A stretch of 64,000 bases of DNA, from contig OZ316895.1 in NCBI GenBank assembly GCA_973895155.1, forward strand, positions 990,435 to 1,054,434, in the 5' to 3' direction. Of this stretch, positions 25,068-36,915 are shown in pieces (the stretch's first letter is position 1; the number at the start of each line of letters is the position of its first letter). The translations under genes were made by a program, and so were the position numbers. The DNA comes from Marsupella aquatica. Taxonomy: Eukaryota > Plantae > Marchantiophyta. The notes below the pieces were generated by a model. It was not told where the DNA came from and ran no database searches. It worked only from the letters and a program-made list of their open reading frames with translations.

Positions 25068-25294
25068 GAGAAACAGACTCTACCCTCATAGATATACAAG
25101 AAAACAATATTGAGTGCATGGTGTAATCATGAGTAAAAATTAATTGAGTAAAGTCAAGCACAATAACTTATTTGGTAGAAACAAACTCTACCCTCATAGA
25201 TATACAAGAAAACAATATTGAGTGCATGGTGTAATCATGAGTAAAAATTAATTGAGTAAAGTCAAGCACAATAACTTATTTGGTAGAAACAAAC
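25068..25294. repeat. Near-perfect two-copy tandem duplication (~108-bp unit)
   Basis: AGAAACA(G/A)ACTCTACCCTCATAGATATAC...CTTATTTGGT occurs twice. Confidence 0.85.
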
Positions 25295-26249
25295 GCTGGG
25301 ATGGACTGCTCCCTTGTCCCCATCTATCCCCATGGACTGTGAGAAGGGGCACACCGTGTTGCACCTAATTATGAGACAACCCAACTATAAATGGATGGTA
25401 AACGCTCTCATTAATTGCTTACCTACATTTTTGTCCCTCTACAAACATTATGTGCTCACCTCAAAGTCAAATTGAGAATGTCAATGAAATGGAATGAAAA
25501 TACACATTTCAAATCTTCCGCATCTCCACTGTGGCAAAGTACAAGCGCTCCTTGTAACAAGAGCCACACTCTCAAAAAAATAGGATTCATTCACAGTACT
25601 CCCCCAAAAAACTCAAGTAGCACTATAGCAATAAATTAGTCAAAGAATTATTTGAAACAAGAACAATGGTCTGTCAAAAATAGTATTCAGCAATTGCTTT
25701 TGCAAATTAAAATTTCCTTTAGCTCCACAATGAAAACATTTATTCAATCCCGGTAACAAGAACAATGTTATATAAGATACAAGATTATGTAAACAGATTT
25801 CTGAAAGTAGTGTAGTCATTCCGCAAAGTGTCAATGCCCTAGAATATTTTAAAAATGTGTTGAAGAATATGAATCCATTCTAAATATTGAGGTTATTTGG
25901 GAATTAGATTTGCCCCATAGCCTCCCTTGGTGAGAATTGTTCATTTGGTTCATGAGTCATTGTGTTGCTTGCTTCCCTTTTAGCACGGCTTACAAACATT
26001 AAAAAATATGTTTGGGTAAATTAAATTCATTTGGTATTTTACCATTGAGCAAATTACTTGAGGCAGTATGAGTAAAATGTGAAGCATTCATAAACCATAG
26101 AGGCCAAATCAGGTATTTATATAAGGGCCTAAATGTACTTTATATTTTTAATGAACTCTATTTGGGGCGAAGCCTTCAATTAAAGTGCTTTGGCCTCTGA
26201 CAAAATATCTTTTAGACGAATCCCCAAGCAATCCCCCACAGAAAAAAAT

Positions 26250-27290
26250 ATTAGGATCGAGCTCGGATTCTTTCTTCCGGAGGGAAGGGCGCACGAGGAT
26301 GGCTTCAGGCCAATCCAGTCATTCCTCATTTGCGGATATCTTCAGCAGAGTTCTCCACATCCATGCGTCTTTGTATGGGGCTGCCCCACCCACTTCTTGC
26401 AGGTTTACCTCCTTCTTGCACTTGTGGGAAGCCTTGTGATGCCACATGTGTTCATCTTCTTTGGTGCAGTTTGGGAGGTGAAACCATTATTGTCCACGAC
26501 GCTGTGCAAGATGCAACTGCTCGGGTTCTCTTTGGCTCTTTGGTATGCGTGCGGCGGGAGGTGGTACTCGAGTTACCTGGTCCTCCATCACAACGGTTAC
26601 GGGTGGATCTTACCATGGTCGGTGAGGGTCAACGTACTTTGGCGGATGTAGTGGTGACAAACTCATTGCGCCAAGACATCATTGGGATAGCAGCAACAAC
26701 GGTAGGGGCAGCAGCGTCACGTGCGGCAACAACGAAGCAGGCCAAATATGTTGCACGAGCTTCATCCGACAGCTTCCTCCCCCTTGCTCTGGAGCTATTC
26801 GGGCATCTTCATCCTCAGTTTGATGGGCTTCTTCGGCAAGCTGCACGAGATGTTCATGGCCGAATGGGCCCCACCGGACCCCCCGCTATCTGTTTTGACC
26901 ACGCACTTTCGCCACCGCATTTCAGTCACCTTACAACGTGCTCAAGTTCGGGCCATCTATTGTCGATCTCTTATAGTGGGTGCTAGTGTGCCTCCGCAGC
27001 GGCTAGCTCCCCTAGAGGATGTTCCAATCCCACTTGCCGATCTAGTTTTGACCCTTGATGTGGACTTTTTGCCTTATTTGCTAGAAATGATGAGGACCTC
27101 GGTCCGTTTGGGTTAGTTTTAGTCCCCCTTTCTTGGTTTTTAGGGGTTCCCTATTGCTCATTTCTAGTTCCTCTTTCTTGGTGTTTAGAGGTTCCCTTTT
27201 GCTCACTTCTTTTAAGTTTGGTTTTGTCCACTTCAGCCCTCTTTTGTTTGTTCATGTGTACTCTATTTGGTCCCTTTCTATAAAAAGTGT
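26250..27290 (+). mobile_element. 3' fragment of a CRE-like non-LTR retrotransposon (CCHC finger and restriction-like endonuclease), nested in Helitron 2
   Basis: RLCMGLPHP, CTCG..HLLWC, HDAV, RVDL, DVVVTN, K..KY, FLPLALELFG and FRHRISVTLQRAQ motifs. Confidence 0.8.
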
Positions 27291-29669
27291 GTATATATTT
27301 TTTATTTTTTTAGACATGAGTGAGGACAGAGTTCGTGACAGGGAAAATCTTTGGACAGAAGTGATGCTTTGGTCTTTGACACTATTTTGTATGGACAAAA
27401 AAGTTCTGTGTGGACAGAAAAGTAAACACTAGTATCCATGCATATTTATATGTTTTAACCTAGTCCATCCAAGTTTCATTTATCCATGGGGGCTTCATGG
27501 ACAACCTACCAGTCCATCTGGGCTATAAGTTCTATTTGGTACAAGGAGGGGAAAAGTCACTATAATACCATATGCTCTAAAAATTGTACATTTACAAACT
27601 CAAGACAAAATAAGAACAAATTTTAGCCATCAATTGAAAATTTGTTTTTCTGCAACTACTGGATTCATCCATACCCGTATTAATCTCAATTACCTCTGCC
27701 CAAGCTACCCATAGCCTACCCAAACTTAACAAAGATAACAAATTAATTTAATATTAATTAAAAACTAATTATTAAAATTGAGTTTTAAAGAATTGGATAT
27801 TTATTAGACTTAAAGTTTTGGGAAAAACTTGAGTATAAATAAAATATATACAATATTAATTTCTCTAAAAAATTATAATTATAAAACAATTTTTTTCTCA
27901 TTTGGTTGTGCTTGGACTCTATGCTGCGGTGACCATTATCTTGCGTTTCCAATTTCTATGTGCAATACACGAGTTGTTGAACAGCACCACAACAACTCTA
28001 CCTTGCCTTGACATATTTTTCTCATCTCGCCTCACATTGACATATTTCTCTCACCACGGCAATTTGTTTCTCACCCTCGACATCTTTTAGGTCCTTGATT
28101 TTTGTTTCTGTCCTCCATATAATTTCTCACCTGACTCGACATCTTTTTCTCACCTTCACATCTTTTCTCACATTGACATCTTATATAAGTTTTCTCATCT
28201 TAACATCTTTATCTCACCTCAACACCTTTCCCTCACCTTTGACTCGCATCTTTTCTCTCCTCAACATCTTTTCCTCATCTTTACATCTTTTTTTCACCTT
28301 GACTTCTTTACCTCACCTCAACATCTCTTTTTCTCATTGAATTGACATCTGTTTTCACCTTGATATCTGACCTTTTCCTCACTTTCACATTTTTATCTCA
28401 CCATAATATCTTTCTCTCATCTTCACATATTTTTCTCACATTGCCATCTTTTCTCTCCTTGACATATTTTTTGCTTGACTTTTTTTTTCAGTTGCTCGAC
28501 ATCTCTTTTTCTCATCAACATCTTTGTTCACCTTGACATCTTCTCCTCACCTTGACATCTTTCCTCTCCCTGGACATCTTTTTCTCACTTCAACTTATTT
28601 TTCTCACCGCACCATCGTTTGTGCAACTTTGTCTTAATGACATATTTTTTACTTAACGACAACTTTTCTCTTAACAACATCTTGGGCAATGTGATGTCTC
28701 TTTTCTTAGGTACATCTTGGGTGCCACAACATATTTTTTCTTAGCGATATCTTTTTTCTTAAGGACATCTTGGACGACACCACATCTTTTTTTTCTTAAC
28801 GGCATCTTAGGCGACACAACATCTTTTTTTCTTAACGACATCTTGGGCAACACAACATCTTTCTTCTTAATGACATCTTGGGGGACGTAACATCTTTTTT
28901 TCTTAACGACATCTTGGGTGACATAACATCTTTTTTTTCCTAATGATATCTTGGGCAACACAACATCTTAACGACATCGTTTTTCTTCACGACATCTTTT
29001 GTGCAACTCGCGGGTATTGAGCTAGTCTATACTATAATTTGCCATCAAAGTCTAGGGTTCATGACTTCCTTGGAGTGAAGCCATGGGCCATAATCTATCT
29101 AGTAACAGGAAATTTTTATAGCTAGACTCTAGCTGTTCATAGATACTACAAGGAGTCTTCCTGTGCATACTCGGTAGTACTCAGGCTGGTGGTTGTAATA
29201 ATGTCTAGTCTAAGAAGAGAGCCCTGAATCGTAAACAATAAACAAGTAAAAGAGGGAACAGTTTTTTCTGAAGAAAGGCAAGAGAGGCAACACAGTGGAC
29301 TCTCCTGGCTATGGTCTTCAGTTTTTCCTTTCTTTTCTCCCCTTCATTTGGTCTCACGCTTTTAGAATTTTGTCTCCTCCTTTGGCACATTTTGTCCTAT
29401 AAGAAAGGTTAAACAAGTACGTTGCCAAGGAAAGCCGACACTATGAGAGGATACCTTGTTTCCGTTTGATTCTGACAAGAGACTAAAGCTGACATGGACC
29501 ACCTCATTTGACCAGATACTCTCATGGACCACCCTCACCTGCATTGCCCACTTCAAAATGTTACATGTTACTGAGATAACACTTTTCTTTCATACAGTGC
29601 TCATCTTGTGGGTGTCACAATTGTACTTGGTCCATCTCAGTCTAACTCAAACTTTGCCAGTGCCTTCTA

Positions 29670-32320
29670 TTGGGGCAGGCGGGGGAGTTTTCTCGGGCCG
29701 CCCGCTCCTTGGTCCCCCTCTCCCCCTCTCCTCCTTCAGCCGAGACCGTTCTTGCCTTACGGTCTCTTCATCCCCCGGCTGCATCCGAGGTTCCTTGTTT
29801 TCTCGGGAGCTTTACCCCCAAGACCGAGTTCTCCCTATCCCGTGAGGTGTTCTCCTCTGTCTTCCTTCATCTACCCCGCCTATCTACGGGCGGGATTTCT
29901 GGGATGAGGTTCGAGCACCTACGCGATTGCTTTTGTCCCAACGACTCGGCATCTGGTTTTTCTGAGTTGTTCCAGGTCTGTGCCCATGTAGCGGGGGGCC
30001 GTATTCCTCCTGTGGTCGCTCGGCTTTTGGGGGCCCGTCGGCTTCTGGCTATGGCCAAAGAGACTGGGGGTGTCAGGCCCTTGGCCATCGGGGAGGTCTT
30101 GTTCCGCTTGGTGAGCTGTTGTGTTTGTCTGCAAACTCGGGCTCCCTTTTCATCACATTTTTTTCCTCACCAGTTTGGAGTGGCCACCCCCGGCGGTTGC
30201 GAGAGTGTGGTGCATGGCCTTCGTGCCATCTTGGATATCCACCCCGACTGGGCTGTCATTCAGGTGGATGTGGCTAACGCATTCAACTCTGTATCCCGTC
30301 GGGTCATGTTTGAGGAGTTGCGGGCCGCTGGAGGGGAGATCGCATCCCTCATCCCCTTTGCCCGGGCCTTCTATGGGGGCCCCGACCCCCCTGGTTTACC
30401 CTGACCATCTTGTTCCTGGGTCCTATGTGACCATCTCATCCGAGTCCGGGACTAGGCAGGGTGACCCCCTTGGTGGAGCGTTGTTTGCTATGGGGCACCT
30501 TCGTGCTATTCGTGCCTCTTTGGCTGCCTTCCCGGGTTGCATGTTTCCTTCTGTTGCGGATGACACTCACATTGTTGCCCCGGTCTCGCTTGTTGGGGAC
30601 GCCTTTGTGGACCAGCTTGCCCTCATTGGTCCTTCAGTTCAGCCTTCGAAGTGTGGGGTTTGGTCTCGTCTCCCCCTCCCCCACTCTTTCACCCCACCTC
30701 TTGGTATATCCATTCGGCTCGAGGGCATTAGAGTCCTTGGGGTGCCTTTCGGGGGAGCGGCCTTTGAGCAGGATTTTCTTCTAGCGGCCCTGTCCCAGGA
30801 CGTTTTGCATATTGACCAGTTGGCGTCCTTGGGGGATGCCCAGATCTCCTTTTTGATCCTGGTCCTATGTTTTGTTCGGCGTCCTTCCTATCTTCTCCGG
30901 ACAGTCCCTCCTACCGCGATGTTCCTGTCCTTACTCTCTTCATTTGACACCACTGTGATGAGAGTCTTTGGTCACCTCATTGGTCCGGGAGCCCTTGATG
31001 GAGAGGATGGTTCTTTTGCGGCTAGGTAGGCTGCGTTACCCCCATCAGGAGGTGGTATGGAGTGGCCTCGGCAGTGGACATTGCCCCTTGCGCGTTTCTT
31101 GGTAGTTGGGCGTAGGTGGCCCCTGCCCTGGCCTCACGTTTCATTGTGGACCTTCGGCCTATCCTCTCTGACTCGGTCATGGGAGTGGAGAACGGAGCTC
31201 TCCCTTTTCAGGTCCAGCTTCGTCATGCACGGTCATTATTGCCGGAGGACGTGCAGAGCGTGGTCCCTGCTTTCGAGGGAGTTGTTTTGGACAGCCCGGA
31301 TCGAGTCCAACAGGTGATTTCTGATCGCATGCACCGACACACCCTTTCCAGCATGCTTTCTGAGGCACCCTCGGATTTGGTACGGGCACGTCTTTTATCC
31401 GGTTCGGGCGCTGGTTCGGGGGCTTGGCTATCGGCGAGTCCTCTTTGGGCCCCCTTTCGTATGAGTTCTTTTATTTTTACCACATCCACGCGCCTTCGGT
31501 TGGGTCTTCCTCACCCCTGCCTCTTGGGTCAGCCCACTTGCGTCCGTGGAGCGCCCCTTGATGGGCAAGGCATTCACATTCTCAGGTGCGGTCATGGTAG
31601 TGAGAGGACTGCGACCCACGACAACATTCGGGACGTGGTGGCGGCCATTGCCCGTGATTCTGGTTACCATGTCATGATGGAGTAGAGACATGTGTTACCT
31701 CCACGGGATGGGGTTTCTGATCGTCGTCGGGCAGATCTGGTATTCTCTCGCGCTGGTGTTCGTGCCCTTGGGGATGTCGTTGTTGCTGATCCGACTAGTG
31801 GGGCCAACGTGGCTTCGGCAGCTCATGTACCAGGCCATGCCGCCGCGAGGGCAGCTCGGCTGAAGGAGGAGGCCTATGCTGTGCGGTACCCCGGGGACCT
31901 CTTCTATCCGTTTGCCGTGGAGGTCTTTGGGGCGTTACACCCATCCTTTGACCGTTTTCTTCGCTCTTGCGCAGTTCAGTACGTCGAGCGGAGGCCCTAT
32001 CCCCCCCGTGTCGGTCATCACTGCATTCTTTAGACAGAGGGTGTCTGTTGCGCTTCAGCGGGCACAGGCGTTCACTATTCTTCGTAGGGGGAGGTTGTTG
32101 GTCTTAGGGCCGCTAGTAGGATTCCTTTGCTTGACCCCCCCATGCAGTTCACACCAGAGCTTTACCAGGCTCTCCAGTTTGCTGATAGGTAGGCGTTTGG
32201 GTTCCTGTCTTTGGGTTTGCTTTTCTTGGCCCCTTGGTGGTCTCCCCCCTTGATTGGGTCTTTTGCGTGAGGGATCATGTCTCCCGGTTCGGCGCCCTCT
32301 GTTTTTTGGCCGTTTGATAT
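29670..32320 (+). mobile_element. CRE-like RLE non-LTR retrotransposon, 5'-truncated and degenerate (RT, zinc finger, RLE)
   Basis: GGISGMRFEHL, GGVRPLAIGE, PHQFGV, DVANAFNS, GTRQGDPLG, PSVADD, IRVLGVPFG, GAWL, RLRLGLP, HILRC, HDNI, RRADL, DVVVADP and FYPFAVEVFG motifs across frameshifted ORFs. Confidence 0.88.
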
Positions 32321-33049
32321 ATAGGACTCAAACAAGCATCACCTTCTCCGCTACGTTCCATGGGGCTGGGAGGACTGAGTATGGATATTGTCAGAAATTT
32401 TAGGCCAATAAGATAGCAACTCTTCCAAGGACTGAGAGAAGTACAAAGACTGTAATAGGGAGTATGATTTTGCCTCACACTCCCAGTTAAACTGCAGGGG
32501 TACCCCTTGCCCCTATATAGGAACAATATAAGGTATTGTTATTGGCTCCTAAGCTAAAATTCATATATTTAAAATATTGTGTACACCTTGGCATACAGTG
32601 TATTTGGGGCCCAGGGGTGTCAGAGGGAGTGATCCTACCCCTGGCCCATGAAACCTGGCCCTTAGTACGATGGTGGAGATCAGAAAGTTATGCTGCTCCT
32701 TCCCAGCAAGCCACCCTTTTGTTTCGTAGAGTATCTATATATATTTTATTAAAGCAAGAAGCCGCGTTGTCCTTCCTGGAAGGAATTGAGTACTGGGAAC
32801 ACTCTTCAGTTGTCTCACCATCCTGTGCCTGTGACGAGCAGTGACAAAATTACGCCAATAGAACTGTGACAGGTGTAAATCTGACTCAGATGTAGGGTGA
32901 TCGATGGACAGCTACTGTGGTTGCAGTACCTTAACAGCCAAGCTCAGGAATACTTGACCACAGCCCATGCACTGCAGGTAGTGGAACGACTCAGGTACAG
33001 TGGGTACCGTGTACCATTGTGGTCCTGGACTGTAAGGGGCCTCCACTGT

Positions 33050-34131
33050 ACAGTGTAATAAGTGCAGGTTCCTAGGAAGAACCCCAAACCTACACTTATC
33101 CACCGGATTCACTACAGTCTACTGGGAATAAGTGCACCGTGGTGTGTAAGTGCATTCCTTGGGTAACTGCAGGCTTATTTTGTAATCCCATGATGATACT
33201 TTCTTCAGTAAATGCACCAAAAAATGCACTGTTTAAATGCAGTTAAAGATCACTAAAAGATAACTACATAAGTGCATATTCATCTATAAGAGTGCACATG
33301 CATATATTAGAAGCATTTCTGGATAAGTGCATCTGACAACCATGTACAATAGTTTCATGCACTTATCCATTTGATTCCTGCAATATGAGAGTTCCGGGTA
33401 CAAGGAGTCTGATGTGCTTGACCTGACAAGCACATACATGAAAGAAGAGAAAGGAGCAACATCAGCATATTTTATTTTAATTGGACCCAATACTAGTATG
33501 AAGCAATTTTTAATTATGATTAAGTGTATGAGCAATTTCACATGCACTTATTGGATAGTGCATCATGCATATATGGATAAGTGCGTGAATGATATCCCAT
33601 GCACTTATTGCATAATGCATCATGTGGATAAATGCAACCTTGGGCTGTCTTGTCTTCTGGGGAGCCTGCACTTAGACAAGGTAGACTATATAAGTGTAAG
33701 GGATATCATTATTGCACCGTATGTGTATGGTTGTACTACCCCATTAGTGCAGGCAATTCACATCTGCACCTACTCATATGTGCTGTCAGGTCACACAGTA
33801 CTCCTCGTATACTTAGCCTGCATATTGCATGATTCAAGTAGATAACTGCATGAAACCACTTTACGAAATTGTCTGTTGCACATATCCAGAGATGTTACTA
33901 ACATATGCACTAATTGACGCATATATTAGAATTATGCAAAATGTTTTGGTGCATTTACTTCGACCTTCTGGTCCCCCTTGGGTGGTGCTCCTTTTTTGGG
34001 CCCCCCGTTTTGTAGTTTGGCCATTTGAATGGATTTCGTTTGGTTTTTTCGAGGAAACTAAAATAAAAATGTTTTGGTGCATGTATGATATGAGAGAGCG
34101 TGCACTTATGCACTTGGGCTGCAGAGCCCTG
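33050..34131. repeat. Region dense in AAGTGCA/TGCACTT motifs; possible degenerate DNA transposon
   Basis: Many AAGTGCA, TGCACTTA and TGCATA motifs in both orientations, ending ...GCACTTGGGCTGCAGAGCCCTG. No matching left terminus found. Confidence 0.3.
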
Positions 34132-34299
34132 ACGTTCGGTGGAAGGAGAAGCGAGACCAGGTATGTCAAGGGACCGAGTTTTCCTGCAGGTGTTTGGATC
34201 AATTCCAAGTCATCATCATCGTCAATTTTTTCTTCGAACAGTTGCTTTTCGAAATGAAAAGTCATCGTCATTTAAGTAAGAAAAGGAATGTGCCATGCA

Positions 34300-35222
34300 G
34301 GTTGTGGGGATCGCATTGGACCCTCCAAAATTCCAAATGAATCGATGCTGAACCACTGTTGATATGGCATCCCGAGAAGACGAAGCCTCCCGTCTGCTGC
34401 CGCTGCTGCTGGATGACAGAGATCGATGAATTGTCAATCCAATCAATGAAGTCACCTGTCTGCTGGAAAACAGTGAGACTCTAGCTCACTCTCTCCGCTT
34501 TCCGAGAAGCTCACTTTGTACAGGTGTGTCCTCGTTGCAGTAAAACTTTTCGGAGTAAAAGAGTAGACATTGATCTCTTTGCTGAAGGTCTAGTCGACAA
34601 CAGTGTTAGCCATCTTGGTTTGGATATTGGGTGCTGCACCTCAAGCGACGCTCCTGCTTCTCGGTTTCCTCCTGCTCGACAACTCTAGCTGATTCGGGTT
34701 TCGTATATGGAATTGGGTACTGCTGCTCTCCTGCTATTCCAATTCTAGGTTGTGGTGTGGCTGGTACTGCTGCTGGTCGAGCGTTATAGTGACCAGAATC
34801 TCTAGCCATCTCTCGTGCCGTGCGGACTGACTGACGACTGTCTGCCTTCGCCTCCCGAGTACGCACTCTTTGCATCGCCTGCCTCTTTGTTAGTCTCTCT
34901 TGTCCTGGTTCGCTTAAGAGCATGCAATCCAGCTTACTGCTGCGTACTTAATTGACATAGTCTGGTACTTTGGTGACACGAGCATACCCGTACACTCTTG
35001 AGCACAAGTGTTGGAGGTTTGTGCTCAACGATTACAGTAGCGTCTTCGCTATTTGGACTCTCTCCCCGTTCCTCCGCAGAGAATTCCGAAGGTTCACATT
35101 GGGACCCCGGGAGTTTCTCCATTCGAACTTCGCCTGTTTAGTCTTCTCTTGCTGTTTGTGTGTTTTCAGAGGGAAATGAACGAATGATGCTCAAGTATCT
35201 TGGCTCCAAGAAAACCGGGCGT
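34300..35222 (+). ncRNA. Putative structured non-coding RNA, copy 1 (paralog at 63270-64000)
   Basis: Blocks of identity with the copy at the window end, no conserved ORF, and compensatory changes in helices (see findings). Confidence 0.45.
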
Positions 35223-36915
35223 GCTCTAGTTGGGCGGCATCGCTAAGAAACTGAGTCTGAGTTGGAATATCTCTGGGGGAGAGTTGCATGCCTTTTTCTC
35301 CTGCATGATGCCAATTGGGTTTTAGTACGCCAGGAGTAATACGTGTAGCTAAGGGAGTTCCGATCTTCATATGAGAAACCTCGTGAAGTTTTGTTTCGAG
35401 CATCGGTGTGACCTCGAATTTGCAGGAGAGATCGGCGATTATCAGCAGACTATGAGATCTTCAGTAACGGGGAGAGCTACAAACTAAAAGTTTCGATGTG
35501 ATGATGATACAGATAATTACAGGGCCCTGTTCACACTGGCAGATCTGGACCAGCGCGGATGAGAGTTTTAACTTGCTAGGTAAGCAAAGTTTGTCGTGTG
35601 TCAAACAAGCTTCTATCAAGCACCCCCAACCCTCCATGCCGTCCTGAGATGTGATCACTTCGAAGGAAGGATCTTCTCTTGTTCTGAAGATTCTCGATAT
35701 CTATGCCTCCTTTTTGTCGATGGGATCTGGTAAATCAAGCTTCACCTCACTTTGGACGTTACGGACCTGAGTTCGGGGTGGTGGGTCCAGTATTATGGAT
35801 CGGATTGCAAGAAGTCGTCTGGAGTGGTCGATGCAATCCTTTCAGTCGATCTCTTGCTTGCGTAGAGCAAGAAGCGCCAGAGGGAGTAGAATGTGAAACA
35901 TGATCGGACAATCGCTAGTGCGGTAATTTATTGATGCATGCTACATTCCTCTCGAGTATTAGGGTTGATAAGCAATTTCTTTCGTGGGCTGGAATAATAA
36001 TCAAGTGGAAAAAATGTAAATGTACACTTCGAGACAAAATTTGATTCCGTGGGTGGTTGGACGTTTTCGGGAACCAACTATCGTCCAAAGTCTGTCTTAT
36101 TATTTTTCCTGTCCTGGCGTTAAATGCTGTCGCTCGTGTTGTGTTCCCAATGATATAATCTGGGCCCTTCTGATACAGAGTAATGAACTGAACCGGTAAT
36201 GCTTGAAGACTTTCTCTGATGTCGAGGTCTGTTTTTGGCTGCAACTTTTCATCCGCGACAGTCACATCCTAACACTGCGCGGAAGGATGCATACCATGAA
36301 TGAGCTTCTAAATTACATCAATCGCATTTTTGCAATGGATTCCGTGGCCCTCACGTCCTCAGCAGTTCAATGTAGGGTACGGTATGGATGGATCAAACTG
36401 GACGTGTCTTTTTATTCGGTGCCCTGTTGTTTGAAAAGTTAATTGATGTTTGAGAACGAATGAGGGAGAAGATGCGGACTTACTACGAAATAGGAACTTC
36501 GGAAAATTGGTCGTTCTTTTAGCATCCTTCTGAAAGAAACGGCAGTGTGGTCCAATTATTGCATCATTATTAGCAGGGCTCATTTTCCAACCCCCGGGAT
36601 TCTACTGTCGGTTTTCTTCCCTCCATGGGACTATGACTTCAGGGTTAGGCTGCCGGGTTCAATGCAGGAAATAAATCATCTCAGATGTTTCTGCCTCTTT
36701 CTCCGTCTCTGAACTCGGCTCGTAGCTTGGGTGAAGTAAAACATGGTCTGGCCCAAAGTATAGCAGTGACCGTCAGAAGCTAGTATGAACAAATTCACTG
36801 ATCTGAGCGCTATGCTAAATACCTGACGCAGTATTTGTCCTCAACGTGTAGATCACAGACGCTTCTCCTAGGCAGAATCTGATCGAAGGAGCCAAGCTTT
36901 CTGAAGGTGGGCTCA

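Larger units (their letters stand above)
24845..29025 (+). mobile_element. Non-autonomous Helitron 2, head-to-tail with Helitron 1
   Basis: 5' TCTAAACTATTATACA...GTCGTCATTCAAAAATGCAG is homologous to the Helitron 1 start. 3' GTGCAACTCGCGGGTATTGAGCTAG. Same GACATCTTGGGCGACACAACATCTT subterminal repeats (~28000-29000). Confidence 0.82.

Noticed and set aside
34755-34810. H/ACA snoRNA-like hairpin with ACA 14 nt from the pocket on the minus strand
   Set aside because: The lower stem pairs only with plus-strand G.U wobbles, and no H box or clear rRNA target was found.
34830-34970. Group I intron-like P7 pair (ACGACTG / GACATAGTCT)
   Set aside because: No convincing P and Q elements in the right order, the conserved J6/7 A is missing, and copy 2 breaks the G-C guanosine-binding pair. 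Not called a group I intron.
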